A DNA stretch of 64,000 nt. Origin: Escherichia phage vB_EcoM_005. Below, piece after piece: positions 19,714 to 29,109 of the stretch. Under the pieces are notes generated by a model. That model had not been told where the DNA came from. It searched no databases and was given only the letters and a program-made list of their open reading frames with translations. Both the position numbers and the translations under genes were made by a program. Numbering within the stretch: the stretch's first letter is position 1; each line of letters opens with the position of its first letter. Location of the stretch: the sequence record MK295203. One strand, written 5' to 3'.

Positions 19714-19743
19714 GTTTACATACCACATGGAACGTGGTAGTAT
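19714..19743 (+). promoter_or_regulatory. T4-type early promoter
   Basis: GTTTAC 19714-19719, TAGTAT 19738-19743, CCTATCAAC leader. Confidence 0.5.
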
Positions 19744-19774
19744 CCTTCCTATCAACTACTTAGAGGAAATTACA

Positions 19775-20011
19775 ATGGAAGCTTTAATCGTTAGTGCTGG
19801 TGTTTTAGGATTCGGTTCTCTGGCTATTATGTTCATTGGTTACTTTTTACCATGGATTTTAGCTCTTCTGCGAGGCACTCGTAGTAATGTAGGAATTTTC
19901 TTCCTTAATCTCCTGTTAGGTTGGACGATGATTGGTTGGGTAGTGGCTTTAATCTGGGCTATCGCTGCTGAACGTAAATCAAATGCACAAATCATTATTG
20001 TTAAACAGTAA
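19775..20011 (+). CDS. small two-TM membrane protein at the T4 imm position (Imm-like by synteny)
   Basis: 78 aa, two hydrophobic helices, directly downstream of gene 43. Confidence 0.5.
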   Translation: MEALIVSAGVLGFGSLAIMFIGYFLPWILALLRGTRSNVGIFFLNLLLGWTMIGWVVALIWAIAAERKSNAQIIIVKQ

Positions 20012-20020
20012 GGGAATCCA

Positions 20021-20521
20021 ATGAAAAAGTTAATTATCGCAATGAGTATGCTCCTATCAGGTTGCGCAGTCCAATATGGTGATGCAGTTTCGGCCGATGA
20101 AGTTGGTAAAGCTCGTATCGCAGCTGAACAGAAACAATTCGATGGCGAAATGAAATTCCGTGCAGGTTCAGGACTTGTGTATACCCGAGCTAATAATCAA
20201 TGTGGTAATAACTGTGCAAAATATGCTCAACATGAAATCGAATTCCAACGTGAACAAGAGTCCAAGCGTGAAGCGGTACTAGCCAAACACCAGGCAGAAA
20301 TGAAGCGCCAAGATGATTTGTATAAAAAGCAGAAATTGTATGCGATGTGCGTAAACCATATCAATCTACAGATTTCTATCCATGAGGCCCGTTATTACGA
20401 AATGCTCGAAACCGAGAGCTTTGATAAGGCCCGTGATTATAAGAAACAAATCAATAAGCTCAAGACCAAAGTGCCGGCAGCAATAGAACAGTGTATCGAA
20501 ATCGGTAAAGATAAGATTTAA
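20021..20521 (+). CDS. predicted lipoprotein
   Basis: signal peptide with lipobox LLSGC; 166 aa. Confidence 0.5.
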   Translation: MKKLIIAMSMLLSGCAVQYGDAVSADEVGKARIAAEQKQFDGEMKFRAGSGLVYTRANNQCGNNCAKYAQHEIEFQREQESKREAVLAKHQAEMKRQDDLYKKQKLYAMCVNHINLQISIHEARYYEMLETESFDKARDYKKQINKLKTKVPAAIEQCIEIGKDKI

Positions 20522-20581
20522 GCAGTATCAATTTATTAAAAATAGTGTATAATGTACCTACATTCACTTGAGGAACAGATA

Positions 20582-22255
20582 ATGAAAAAGGTTGTTATTT
20601 TAGGCGCAGGTCTTGGCTCACGGTTGTATCCAATTACTAACGAAATCCCGAAGGTATTGGTTAACTACAAACAACATACAGTACTAAAACATTTATATGA
20701 TTTGTATAGTAACCAATCAGATGAAATTATTCTGGTTATTCACAGCAAATTTAACGACCTCGTTAAAGGCTATATTAAATCCATTAACATGATTAATAGT
20801 GATAAGCCTAAATTCACTATTCGTAACGTAGATGTGGCCAATGGTTCAGCTCATGCTATCGATTGCATTGCTGAAGATATCATTGGCCATAACGTCCTGT
20901 TTAACTGGTGTGACATCATTCCTGAGGGTCATAAAGTTGAGTGGGATAACGACTACTGTTATACCTACGGGACTGACTGTCGTTTTACATTTGAAGAACC
21001 GTACTTGCGTGAAATTGGTACTGGCGGTGGCGTGGTTGGTTTGTATCAGGTGGCTAATTGGACAGGTTTCGACCGTTCTAATTATGGTGAAGACCTTGCC
21101 GATAACCTAGATTCAATGGTCTATTTGACTGAACGTAAGCTAGACTTTGTAGTTGATGTCGGTGACAAATTGAAACTGGCTAAGGCCCATGAAGAATCCG
21201 AAATTAACCGTGAATTTAATAAATTAGAGTTCACTGAGAATCTGGCTATTAAAGTACCAACTAACGAATTAGGTAAAGAAATCCAATCTAAAGAAATCAA
21301 TTGGTATAATTCTATTGATTCTGAATTTGTTCCGAGCATTGTAGACTTTGCTCCAGGCGAATTCATTAAAATGGAACGTATCTTTGGTCGCACCATGGCA
21401 GATGCCTACCGGTTTATGTCTAAAGAAACTAAAGTCCTCATGGTTTATAAGGTCATTAGTGCATTACGTTCATTCGGTGGAACTATCGATAACCCATCTG
21501 ATGAGCAATGGTATTCCGATGTTAAGAAAGAAGTATTGGACAAGGTCCTGATTCGTAATGCTTCTATTGCCGGATTGATTGAAGGCTTTGCTCCACAGGG
21601 TATTACCCATGTCAATGACTTTAAGGTAGGCGACCCTGAAAAACTTCTTCGTCATGCACTAGAAATTCTGTCTGAACATAAAGAACCGTACCAACTTATT
21701 CATGGCGACCCGCACTACAGTAATATTATGTTGTCTGACGAAGGTGATATTAAAATCATCGACCCACGTGGTTATTTTGGTAATAGTTCTAAAGGCCCTG
21801 CGATTTATGATGAAGCTAAGGTGCTTTATTCTATCGATGGTTATGACAAATTTAACTCTGACCCTCTATGGGGTGGCTTAACCCGTAACGGAACTCGTGT
21901 ATTCGTTGATATTGAAAAGGTCATGCCTTTAGACGATATTCCGATGTGTACATTTAAGCACAAGCTCTGGATTGCTGTTATCTGGATGGCATTGGCAGGT
22001 TACTTTAAAAATAACCCTCTGAAAGCTCTGGGTGCTTATTACAATGGGCTATATCAACTGAGCGTGCTGCTGAAGCGGCATCCTCGTAAGCGTAAGCTTA
22101 TCACAGGTGAATTTGTCGATGAAGTTCGTGACCCTATTACGGCTCAAATTATCACTCGTTGTCCTGATAAGTGGGTTTTGCTTGACCAAGAAACTGGTGT
22201 AAAATATAAACCTACAGGTTCTACTGAACTCCACAAACAATGGAAGAAAATTTAA
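20582..22255 (+). CDS. bifunctional sugar-1-phosphate nucleotidyltransferase / APH-family kinase
   Basis: N-terminal ILGAGLGSRLYPIT...PK (sugar nucleotidyltransferase signature); C-terminal HGDPHYSNIML...IIDPRGYFG (aminoglycoside/choline-kinase-like catalytic loop). Confidence 0.6.
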   Translation: MKKVVILGAGLGSRLYPITNEIPKVLVNYKQHTVLKHLYDLYSNQSDEIILVIHSKFNDLVKGYIKSINMINSDKPKFTIRNVDVANGSAHAIDCIAEDIIGHNVLFNWCDIIPEGHKVEWDNDYCYTYGTDCRFTFEEPYLREIGTGGGVVGLYQVANWTGFDRSNYGEDLADNLDSMVYLTERKLDFVVDVGDKLKLAKAHEESEINREFNKLEFTENLAIKVPTNELGKEIQSKEINWYNSIDSEFVPSIVDFAPGEFIKMERIFGRTMADAYRFMSKETKVLMVYKVISALRSFGGTIDNPSDEQWYSDVKKEVLDKVLIRNASIAGLIEGFAPQGITHVNDFKVGDPEKLLRHALEILSEHKEPYQLIHGDPHYSNIMLSDEGDIKIIDPRGYFGNSSKGPAIYDEAKVLYSIDGYDKFNSDPLWGGLTRNGTRVFVDIEKVMPLDDIPMCTFKHKLWIAVIWMALAGYFKNNPLKALGAYYNGLYQLSVLLKRHPRKRKLITGEFVDEVRDPITAQIITRCPDKWVLLDQETGVKYKPTGSTELHKQWKKI

Positions 22256-22638
22256 TGTCGCATCGAGTAGAAAATAAGCCCCATTTATGTTTTGACATCG
22301 ATAATACAATCACGGTTTGGAACCATGACCGTGATTACGAAAACTTTAAACCGGACACCGAAATGGTGTCCATGATTAATAAGCTTTATGATGAAGGGTA
22401 CGAGATTACATTGTTCACTGCTCGTGGTATGACTTCATGTGGCCCTGGTCGAATCTTGGTTGAAGTAGTTCCTGCATTGGTTAAGAACCTTGAAAAGATT
22501 GGATTGAAATATCATAATCTGCTTACACATAAGCCGAGTTATACTTTTATCATCGATGACCGAGCAATCCGTCCTGACCACTTTAAAGAAATGGTTCGTG
22601 AAGGAACTCTTGAAACCTATAAGGCATATCATCCATGA
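22255..22638 (+). CDS. small HAD-superfamily phosphatase
   Basis: motif I FDIDNTIT (DxDxT), motif II TLFTARG, C-terminal IIDDR; 127 aa. Confidence 0.5.
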   Translation: MSHRVENKPHLCFDIDNTITVWNHDRDYENFKPDTEMVSMINKLYDEGYEITLFTARGMTSCGPGRILVEVVPALVKNLEKIGLKYHNLLTHKPSYTFIIDDRAIRPDHFKEMVREGTLETYKAYHP

Positions 22639-23171
22639 AACCAAAAATCATTGTTATCGACGGCCCGGATAATTCCGGGAAGTCCACTTTAATTGAATCA
22701 CTTTTATCTGATAAGAAATATCGTCTTATTGATTTTCCTAAAAAGATTAACGGTAAATGCATTTCATTAGGGACCGATAATGACAAGGCTTTAGTCGAGA
22801 CGTTGTATAAGTTTTTAGACCCTAATTTTGTCTACATCTTAGACCGTGGGTATCCTAGTAATATTGTTTACTCGGGATTCCTTCGTGGTGAAATGGACCC
22901 TTATGTAGAACTGGAAGATTGGAAAGGGTTTAAATCTGAATTCAATATTATTGAGGTTATTTTAACCCGTAACCCATTAGATGAAGACTTCGAAGATGAC
23001 CTTATTAAATTAACCAAAGATGAGTTCAACCTAACTATCCGGCAGTATGAAACATGTTTTGAAAACGTGTTTAAAATCTTAAATCACGACGGCCATAATA
23101 ATTTGCTTAATGTTGATATGGTAGAATTAAAACGTCTGAATGAATATATTGAAAATAAGGTGAATAAATGA
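22635..23171 (+). CDS. P-loop kinase (dNMP/thymidylate-kinase-like)
   Basis: N-terminal Walker A IVIDGPDNSGKST; 178 aa. Confidence 0.5.
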   Translation: MKPKIIVIDGPDNSGKSTLIESLLSDKKYRLIDFPKKINGKCISLGTDNDKALVETLYKFLDPNFVYILDRGYPSNIVYSGFLRGEMDPYVELEDWKGFKSEFNIIEVILTRNPLDEDFEDDLIKLTKDEFNLTIRQYETCFENVFKILNHDGHNNLLNVDMVELKRLNEYIENKVNK

Positions 23172-23866
23172 AACACATTACCGCTGTTAGTTTTGAAAAC
23201 GCGTTTAAGCAAATGAACGAAGAAATCCTGGAAGCTCCACAGTTTGCAGTTGATTCTCGTATCGGCCGTTGTTATGAAATTGGTTCTGCTTCGGTAGAAG
23301 TACTGGATGCAAGCACCTATAAATTCACCGACCCTCGTATTAATCGTATCAACTATGATTATGCCGAATCTTTCTGGAAATTTATGATTTCTGGTGGTAC
23401 TGATGCCGCCGAAGCATTTAAGGAATACCCTAATGTTGCTAAGTTCATTGATAAGCCGAAAAGTGACGTATTGCCTGCAAACTTCAACACTTTCTATGGA
23501 CCTCGAATTGTGGCCCAACTCCCAGCCCTACTTAAAGAGCTTAAAGAAAAGCCTAACTCGAGACGAGTTGTGTTCCAAATTCTCCAAGAACAAGACCAAG
23601 CTCTCCTTGATTCTGACGAATCCTTAGAATATCCGTGTACCGATTCGGTAACATATTATATTCGTGATGGACGTCTGTATGCACACACTCATATGCGTTC
23701 ACAGAACTGTGCTATCGTTATGCAGCTGGATTTCTATCTGCAGGGTAAACTGATGGCCTTTATTGCTGAACAGTGTGGTGTTGGTCTGGGTACGTATTCC
23801 CATACTATGGTTAGTGCACACGTGTTTGAACGTGATTTTGACTACGTTCGAGGATTCCTGAAATGA
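23168..23866 (+). CDS. thymidylate-synthase-fold pyrimidine hydroxymethylase (gp42-like)
   Basis: catalytic Cys context EYPCTDSVTYYIRD and MRSQN..D align with my recollection of T4 gp42 (FMCTNTVQYLIRD / MRSND); much more divergent from T4 than neighbouring core genes. Confidence 0.6.
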   Translation: MKHITAVSFENAFKQMNEEILEAPQFAVDSRIGRCYEIGSASVEVLDASTYKFTDPRINRINYDYAESFWKFMISGGTDAAEAFKEYPNVAKFIDKPKSDVLPANFNTFYGPRIVAQLPALLKELKEKPNSRRVVFQILQEQDQALLDSDESLEYPCTDSVTYYIRDGRLYAHTHMRSQNCAIVMQLDFYLQGKLMAFIAEQCGVGLGTYSHTMVSAHVFERDFDYVRGFLK

Positions 23867-24657
23867 GTCTGTTTATCGTTCCTATTTTCAGTATGCGTAG
23901 TTACGAAACAGGTGAATATGCCGTCCTTAAGGACGGTAATTTTCAACTCCATTTAAACCGTGCTCGCCCAGGTGATTATCTGGCTTATCCTAGAAATTCG
24001 AGCGATATCAAAGAATGTATTGAATTGTTTCCTGAACTGAATTTTGTGCCACTTTGGTATAAAGAAAATGCTTATGAAACTCGTAAACATTTTTGGTCTG
24101 AAAATGAGTTCGTCGTTGATTCATTAATTGAATACTATGACTGTTCAGGCTTAGTAACCGATATCACAGGTTATGATGGCACTCAGACTGTACAATTCAA
24201 CTTTAACATTACAATGGACCCTGAAGTTCCTCGTTATTATATCGATGAGTTTATTGATATCGACGTGTCTTCAGTTGAACGTTCGATTTATACTACAGTC
24301 CTGAATCAATGCCAGAAAGACGTCCTGGTGTCACGAGGTGCGTCCTCTGATAAGATTTTTGTAGACCAAAAGGTAATTAATCCCGCAGTAATTGAGCGTT
24401 ACTCTGAAGGTCTAGCGCCTATTAAAATTGATGGTATTTTCCATCCATTCCGTATCTCAGATAAATGCTACCAATTCGAAAGAGTTGTAGACCAAGCTGC
24501 GGCCGTATATTATCAGATTCTGAAATCAAGACCTCATATCATTTATCATGAGAATCCTGGTTTAGTATTCCATCCTGGTCTGGCTGAATTCATTTATTTC
24601 GGTGCCCACATCCATTCTGAGCACGAAATGCCAAGTTATGAGGACGTAGTATGCTAG
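23863..24657 (+). CDS. hypothetical protein at the T4 beta-gt position (candidate DNA glycosyltransferase)
   Basis: 264-aa ORF between gp42-like gene and uvsX; contains a DxD-like FIDIDVSS motif; no confident fold assignment. Confidence 0.45.
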   Translation: MSLFIVPIFSMRSYETGEYAVLKDGNFQLHLNRARPGDYLAYPRNSSDIKECIELFPELNFVPLWYKENAYETRKHFWSENEFVVDSLIEYYDCSGLVTDITGYDGTQTVQFNFNITMDPEVPRYYIDEFIDIDVSSVERSIYTTVLNQCQKDVLVSRGASSDKIFVDQKVINPAVIERYSEGLAPIKIDGIFHPFRISDKCYQFERVVDQAAAVYYQILKSRPHIIYHENPGLVFHPGLAEFIYFGAHIHSEHEMPSYEDVVC

Positions 24658-24782
24658 GTCCTTTATTGCTTTTTATAATTTTGTTATTATTCTCTTTCGG
24701 AGCCTTGTTATTATTATGCTGGCTCGAGAAACGAGAAGTCCGGAAGATAGTCGATAAGGCTATCAACCGAGGAATAAAATAA
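24651..24782 (+). CDS. small membrane peptide
   Basis: 43-aa hydrophobic ORF below track cutoff. Confidence 0.3.
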   Translation: MLGPLLLFIILLLFSFGALLLLCWLEKREVRKIVDKAINRGIK

Positions 24783-24859
24783 CGCTGTAAATGTGAAGTG
24801 ATATAATTACCCTATCTTAAAACGTGAGTAAAATATAATGGTGCCTATGGAAAAATATA

Positions 24860-26032
24860 ATGTCCGATTTAAAATCCCGTTTGATTAAAGCTTCTACTTC
24901 TAAAATGACTGCCGACCTGACCAAATCTAAATTGTTTAATGGTCGTGACGAAGTTCCTACTCGTATCCCTATGCTGAATATTGCATTAGGTGGTGCGTTG
25001 AATGCAGGCTTACAATCAGGTTTGACAATCTTTGCTGCTCCATCTAAACACTTTAAAACGTTGTTTGGACTTACCATGGTTGCGGCATATATGAAGAAAT
25101 ATCCAGACGCAATTTGTTTGTTCTATGACTCTGAGTTCGGTGCTTCAGAATCTTATTTCCGTTCGATGGGTGTTGATTTGGAACGTGTGGTTCATACACC
25201 AATCCAGTCGGTCGAACAGCTTAAAGTTGATATGACTAACCAGTTAGAAGAAATTACTCGTGGCGAAAAGGTTATTATCTTTATCGACTCCATTGGTAAT
25301 ACTGCTTCTAAGAAAGAAACCGAAGATGCTTTGAACGAGAAAGTTGTAGGTGATATGACTCGTGCTAAGTCACTGAAATCTCTGTTCCGTATCGTAACAC
25401 CTTATCTGACCATCAAGGATATCCCTTGTGTAGCAATTAACCACACTGCTATGGAAATTGGTGGAATGTATCCTAAAGAGATTATGGGTGGCGGTACTGG
25501 TATTCTGTACTCTGCTTCTACCGTGTTCTTTATCTCTAAACGTCAGGTTAAAGATGGTACTGAGCTCACTGGTTATGACTTCACACTGAAGGCTGAGAAA
25601 TCTCGTACGGTTAAAGAGAAGTCAACGTTCCCTATCACCGTTAACTTCGAAGGTGGCATTGACCCGTTTAGTGGATTGCTTGAAATGGCTACTGATATCG
25701 GCTTTGTCGTGAAACCTAAAGCAGGTTGGTATAATCGTGCATTCCTTGACGAAACCACGGGTGAAATGGTTCAAGAAGAAAAAGCATGGCGTGCTAAAGC
25801 TACCGATTGTGTTGAGTTCTGGGGACCGCTGTTTAAACATGCTCCGTTCCGTGAAGCAATCGAGAATAAGTATAAGCTTGGTGCAATTAATTCTATTAAA
25901 GAAGTTGACGATGCAGTGAACGACCTTATTAACTCTCGTGTCTCTAAGAACGTTGCTGTTAAATTAGGTGGAAATACCCAAAGCGCCGCTGATATCGAAA
26001 ACGATTTAGAAGAGATGGATTTAGATGACTGA
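24860..26032 (+). CDS. uvsX: recombinase UvsX (RecA-like)
   Basis: 390 aa; MSDLKSRLIKASTSK, Walker A AAPSKHFKT, near-colinear with my recollection of T4 UvsX. Confidence 0.95.
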   Translation: MSDLKSRLIKASTSKMTADLTKSKLFNGRDEVPTRIPMLNIALGGALNAGLQSGLTIFAAPSKHFKTLFGLTMVAAYMKKYPDAICLFYDSEFGASESYFRSMGVDLERVVHTPIQSVEQLKVDMTNQLEEITRGEKVIIFIDSIGNTASKKETEDALNEKVVGDMTRAKSLKSLFRIVTPYLTIKDIPCVAINHTAMEIGGMYPKEIMGGGTGILYSASTVFFISKRQVKDGTELTGYDFTLKAEKSRTVKEKSTFPITVNFEGGIDPFSGLLEMATDIGFVVKPKAGWYNRAFLDETTGEMVQEEKAWRAKATDCVEFWGPLFKHAPFREAIENKYKLGAINSIKEVDDAVNDLINSRVSKNVAVKLGGNTQSAADIENDLEEMDLDD

Positions 26033-26354
26033 TTTATCTGATTTAGATAATTTCGTTAAAGATACCGAAGAGGGTCCTAGTGACCCTCGGTATTATGAGA
26101 AATCATTAGATATAATCCGTAAGTCAATGGGTTCTGTTAAGCAGGAAATTATGCTTACTTTACCCGATGGCACTGCTCACATCGTTTATGTGATGAATAT
26201 TGTTATTGAGAAAGATGGAAAAGTGTCGGTTGATTTCGGAACACCTTCCGAAGACCGAAAAGAAGAGCTAGCGCTTCATGTAGAAAAATGTGTTACAATG
26301 CAAATACAAGAAGAACTGGATAAAATTAAATCTAAGAGGTGGTGGAAATGGTAG
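26025..26354 (+). CDS. hypothetical protein at the T4 gene 40 position
   Basis: 109-aa ORF between uvsX and 41; synteny only. Confidence 0.4.
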   Translation: MTDLSDLDNFVKDTEEGPSDPRYYEKSLDIIRKSMGSVKQEIMLTLPDGTAHIVYVMNIVIEKDGKVSVDFGTPSEDRKEELALHVEKCVTMQIQEELDKIKSKRWWKW

Positions 26355-27780
26355 AAACTATTTTGGCTCAACTGCTAGGCAATAGTGATTATTTCACTAA
26401 GGTCTGGCCTTATATGAATGATTCTTATTTTGACCAGGGTCCTGCAAAGACCCTTTTCAAAGAAATTAAAAAACACGTCAATGAATATAATGCAGTGCCT
26501 TCTAAGAACGCATTGAGCATTGCATTAGATAACAGTACGCTTTCAGAAGTTGAACATCAGGGCGCTAAAGAGCTTTTAAGTTCACTGAATGCCGGACCTG
26601 AAGACCAAGAATGGTTGGTTAAAGAGACGGAGAAATACGTTCAGAAAGCAGCGATGTATAATGCAACTTCAAAAATCATTGAAATCCAAACTAATGCCGA
26701 CCTTCCGGTTGAGCAACAAAATAGAAAACTTCCAGGTATTGGTGCTATTCCTGGATATCATGCGTGATGCATTATCGATTTGTTTCGATTCTGAATTAGG
26801 TCATGACTGGATGGATGACTATGAAGAACGATTCAAAAGTTATTCCGATAAAGCACGTAAGGTTCCGTTCCGTCTTAATATTCTGAATAAGATTACCAAG
26901 GGTGGTGCCGAGTTTGGTTACTGAAAACGTATTGTTGGCAGGAACAAACGTAGGTAAGTCTCTTGGCCTGTGTTCATTGGCTGCTGATTACCTTCAATCA
27001 GGTTACGATGTTCTTTATATCTCCATGGAGATGGCAGAGGAAGTATGTGCTAAGCGTATAGATGCCAACCTTCTGGATGTATCGCTGGATGATATCGATG
27101 ATGGTCATGTCTCTTGGCCTGAATATAAAGCTAAGATGGATAAATGGCGTTCAACTGCTACCTTAGGTCGTTTAAAGATTAAACAGTATCCTACTGGTGG
27201 TGCTAATGCCGATACCTTCCGTGCATTATTAAACGAATACAAGCTCAAACAAAACTTTGTGCCGCAGGTCGTTATCGTCGACTACTTGGCCATTTGTGCA
27301 TCGTCTCGTACTAAAGTTTTCTCTGAAAACAGTTACGGATTGATTAAGATGGTAGCCGAAGAACTACGTGGACTGGCAGTAGAGAAGAAATTATTGTTGT
27401 GGACAGCAGCCCAGACTACTCGTGGTGCGAACGTTGCGGCCGAAATCGATATGGCTGATATTGCTGAATCATTTGGTATTGCACATACTGCAGACTTCAT
27501 GTTAGGTGTGGTCGAGACAGAAGAGTTTGCTCAGATGGGTATGCAAATGGTTAAGCAGCTTAAATCTCGTTACGGCGATAAGAGCTACTACAACAAATTT
27601 AAGATTGGCGTTAAGAAAGGAAACCAACGTTGGTATGAAGTTGAAGACGATTCCAACCCAGGCCCGGTGAACACTGTTCGTGAGGCTACAGGTGAGATGA
27701 ATCGTCAAGCCGAGGTCAATCGTCAGACGCGTGTTAATAGAAGTGATTTAGACGATTTAGCAGCATCTATCAAATTTTAA
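26348..27780 (+). CDS. 41: replicative DNA helicase gp41 (DnaB-like), interrupted by two apparent +1 indels
   Basis: three consecutive ORFs in three frames (to 26767, 26589-26924, 26902-27780) together colinear with my recollection of T4 gp41; Walker A GTNVGKS; frame changes near 26754 and 26918. Confidence 0.85.
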
Positions 27781-27800
27781 GGAGCTTCGGCTCCTTTTTT
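27781..27800 (+). terminator. rho-independent terminator
   Basis: GGAGC-TTCG-GCTCC hairpin followed by TTTTTT. Confidence 0.6.
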
Positions 27801-27809
27801 GTTTTAAGG

Positions 27810-27838
27810 GTTTACATCTCCTATAGGCATGATACTAT
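27810..27838 (+). promoter_or_regulatory. T4-type early promoter
   Basis: GTTTAC 27810-27815, 17-nt spacer, TACTAT 27833-27838, AGACCTATCAAC leader. Confidence 0.55.
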
Positions 27839-27862
27839 AGACCTATCAACTTGGAGAACAAA

Positions 27863-28180
27863 ATGAAAACCATCGATTGCAAAGCAGAACATAAAGTGTA
27901 TTACCATGGAAGTTGTAGTGTTGCTAATATCGGTAATATGCTTTGTCCTCCTGAGGAAACAGGAGTTCTGTCTGAAACCGGTCGTAAGAAAAACCTAAAT
28001 CGTGTGTTCTTTACTGAAGATATCGGTTTGGCTAAGATTTATGCAGGACGCGCAGCTCGTTCAGTGGGAGGAGAACCTCGTCTTTATCGTGTAATTGCTC
28101 CGGTAGATGTGGTTTGTTTAAATGATACTAAAGGCGCCACAGTTTATCATGCTGAATGGGCCTTCTGTGAGGAAATCTAA
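27863..28180 (+). CDS. hypothetical protein
   Basis: 105-aa ORF downstream of early promoter. Confidence 0.45.
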   Translation: MKTIDCKAEHKVYYHGSCSVANIGNMLCPPEETGVLSETGRKKNLNRVFFTEDIGLAKIYAGRAARSVGGEPRLYRVIAPVDVVCLNDTKGATVYHAEWAFCEEI

Positions 28181-28375
28181 ATGCCCGAATCAATTAAAGT
28201 AAAATTTGTCGGCCATTTCGCCAACGGTGATACTGCTACCAAAGAAGTTTCAGTACGTGAAAATGATATTGTGTGGGTGGCCACTCAATTCGCTGAAGTC
28301 AATGGCATTCTAGTCAAGGCCTACGTCGACGACGTAGAAGTTTATGAACACGATGCTCGCATTGAGGAAATCTAA
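28181..28375 (+). CDS. hypothetical protein
   Basis: 64-aa ORF. Confidence 0.4.
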   Translation: MPESIKVKFVGHFANGDTATKEVSVRENDIVWVATQFAEVNGILVKAYVDDVEVYEHDARIEEI

Positions 28376-28516
28376 ATGGAAGAATTTGAATGTGTAGTAT
28401 GTGGCTGTTCAGTCTATGAAGACCAAGCGGTATTTGATGCTTGGGATAACGCAACCTGTTTAGACTGTGACGGCGAATTCGAAGAAATTGCCCATAAACA
28501 TGAAGGTGAGGAATAA
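28376..28516 (+). CDS. small zinc-ribbon protein
   Basis: 46 aa with CVVCGC...CLDCDG cysteine pairs. Confidence 0.35.
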   Translation: MEEFECVVCGCSVYEDQAVFDAWDNATCLDCDGEFEEIAHKHEGEE

Positions 28517-28756
28517 ATGAATATTACCTTAATGAAACCAACTCCCAGTTCTTTTTGGAACAAATCTTTTGGTAAGCATAATATGTTTATCCAACGTACT
28601 GTAAGCAACTGGGAACTGGTTCTTTCAGTCGGTCACAACGATTATGAACAAGAATACGTAGAGTTCTTCGAATTTCCTGTGAAGCCTACTAAGCGTCAGA
28701 TTCGTCAGACAAAACGTAAATTCCGTAAAATTTATTTGGAAGATTCGTTAAAATAA
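28517..28756 (+). CDS. hypothetical basic protein
   Basis: 79-aa ORF, ATGA overlap. Confidence 0.4.
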   Translation: MNITLMKPTPSSFWNKSFGKHNMFIQRTVSNWELVLSVGHNDYEQEYVEFFEFPVKPTKRQIRQTKRKFRKIYLEDSLK

Positions 28757-28757
28757 A

Positions 28758-28787
28758 GTTTACAACGGTCTATGGTAGTGATACTAT
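28758..28787 (+). promoter_or_regulatory. T4-type early promoter
   Basis: GTTTAC 28758-28763, TACTAT 28782-28787, AGACCTATCAAC leader, GAGGAG RBS. Confidence 0.55.
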
Positions 28788-28815
28788 AGACCTATCAACT
28801 AACGAGGAGTTAAAA

Positions 28816-29109
28816 ATGAAAAAGTTATTAATCGCAGCAATCCTTACAGTAGCATCATGTGGCACGGCTCCAGTAACTGCCGGATTGGATAAAGACCTTT
28901 GTGAATGGTCTATGACTGCAGACCAAGAATCGGTTGAACATCAGATTTATGCCGATATCATGAACATCACTAAACGCGACCGCCCTGATATGGCTAAAGA
29001 AGTGTCAGACCAATTAGCTTCAGGTGGTGTTATGCAATATAACTATGTTTTGTATTGCGATGCCAATTTCGATAACAAAAATATCGTTAAAGAGGTGACA
29101 GATGAATAA
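28816..29109 (+). CDS. predicted lipoprotein
   Basis: signal peptide with lipobox VASC; 97 aa. Confidence 0.5.
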   Translation: MKKLLIAAILTVASCGTAPVTAGLDKDLCEWSMTADQESVEHQIYADIMNITKRDRPDMAKEVSDQLASGGVMQYNYVLYCDANFDNKNIVKEVTDE

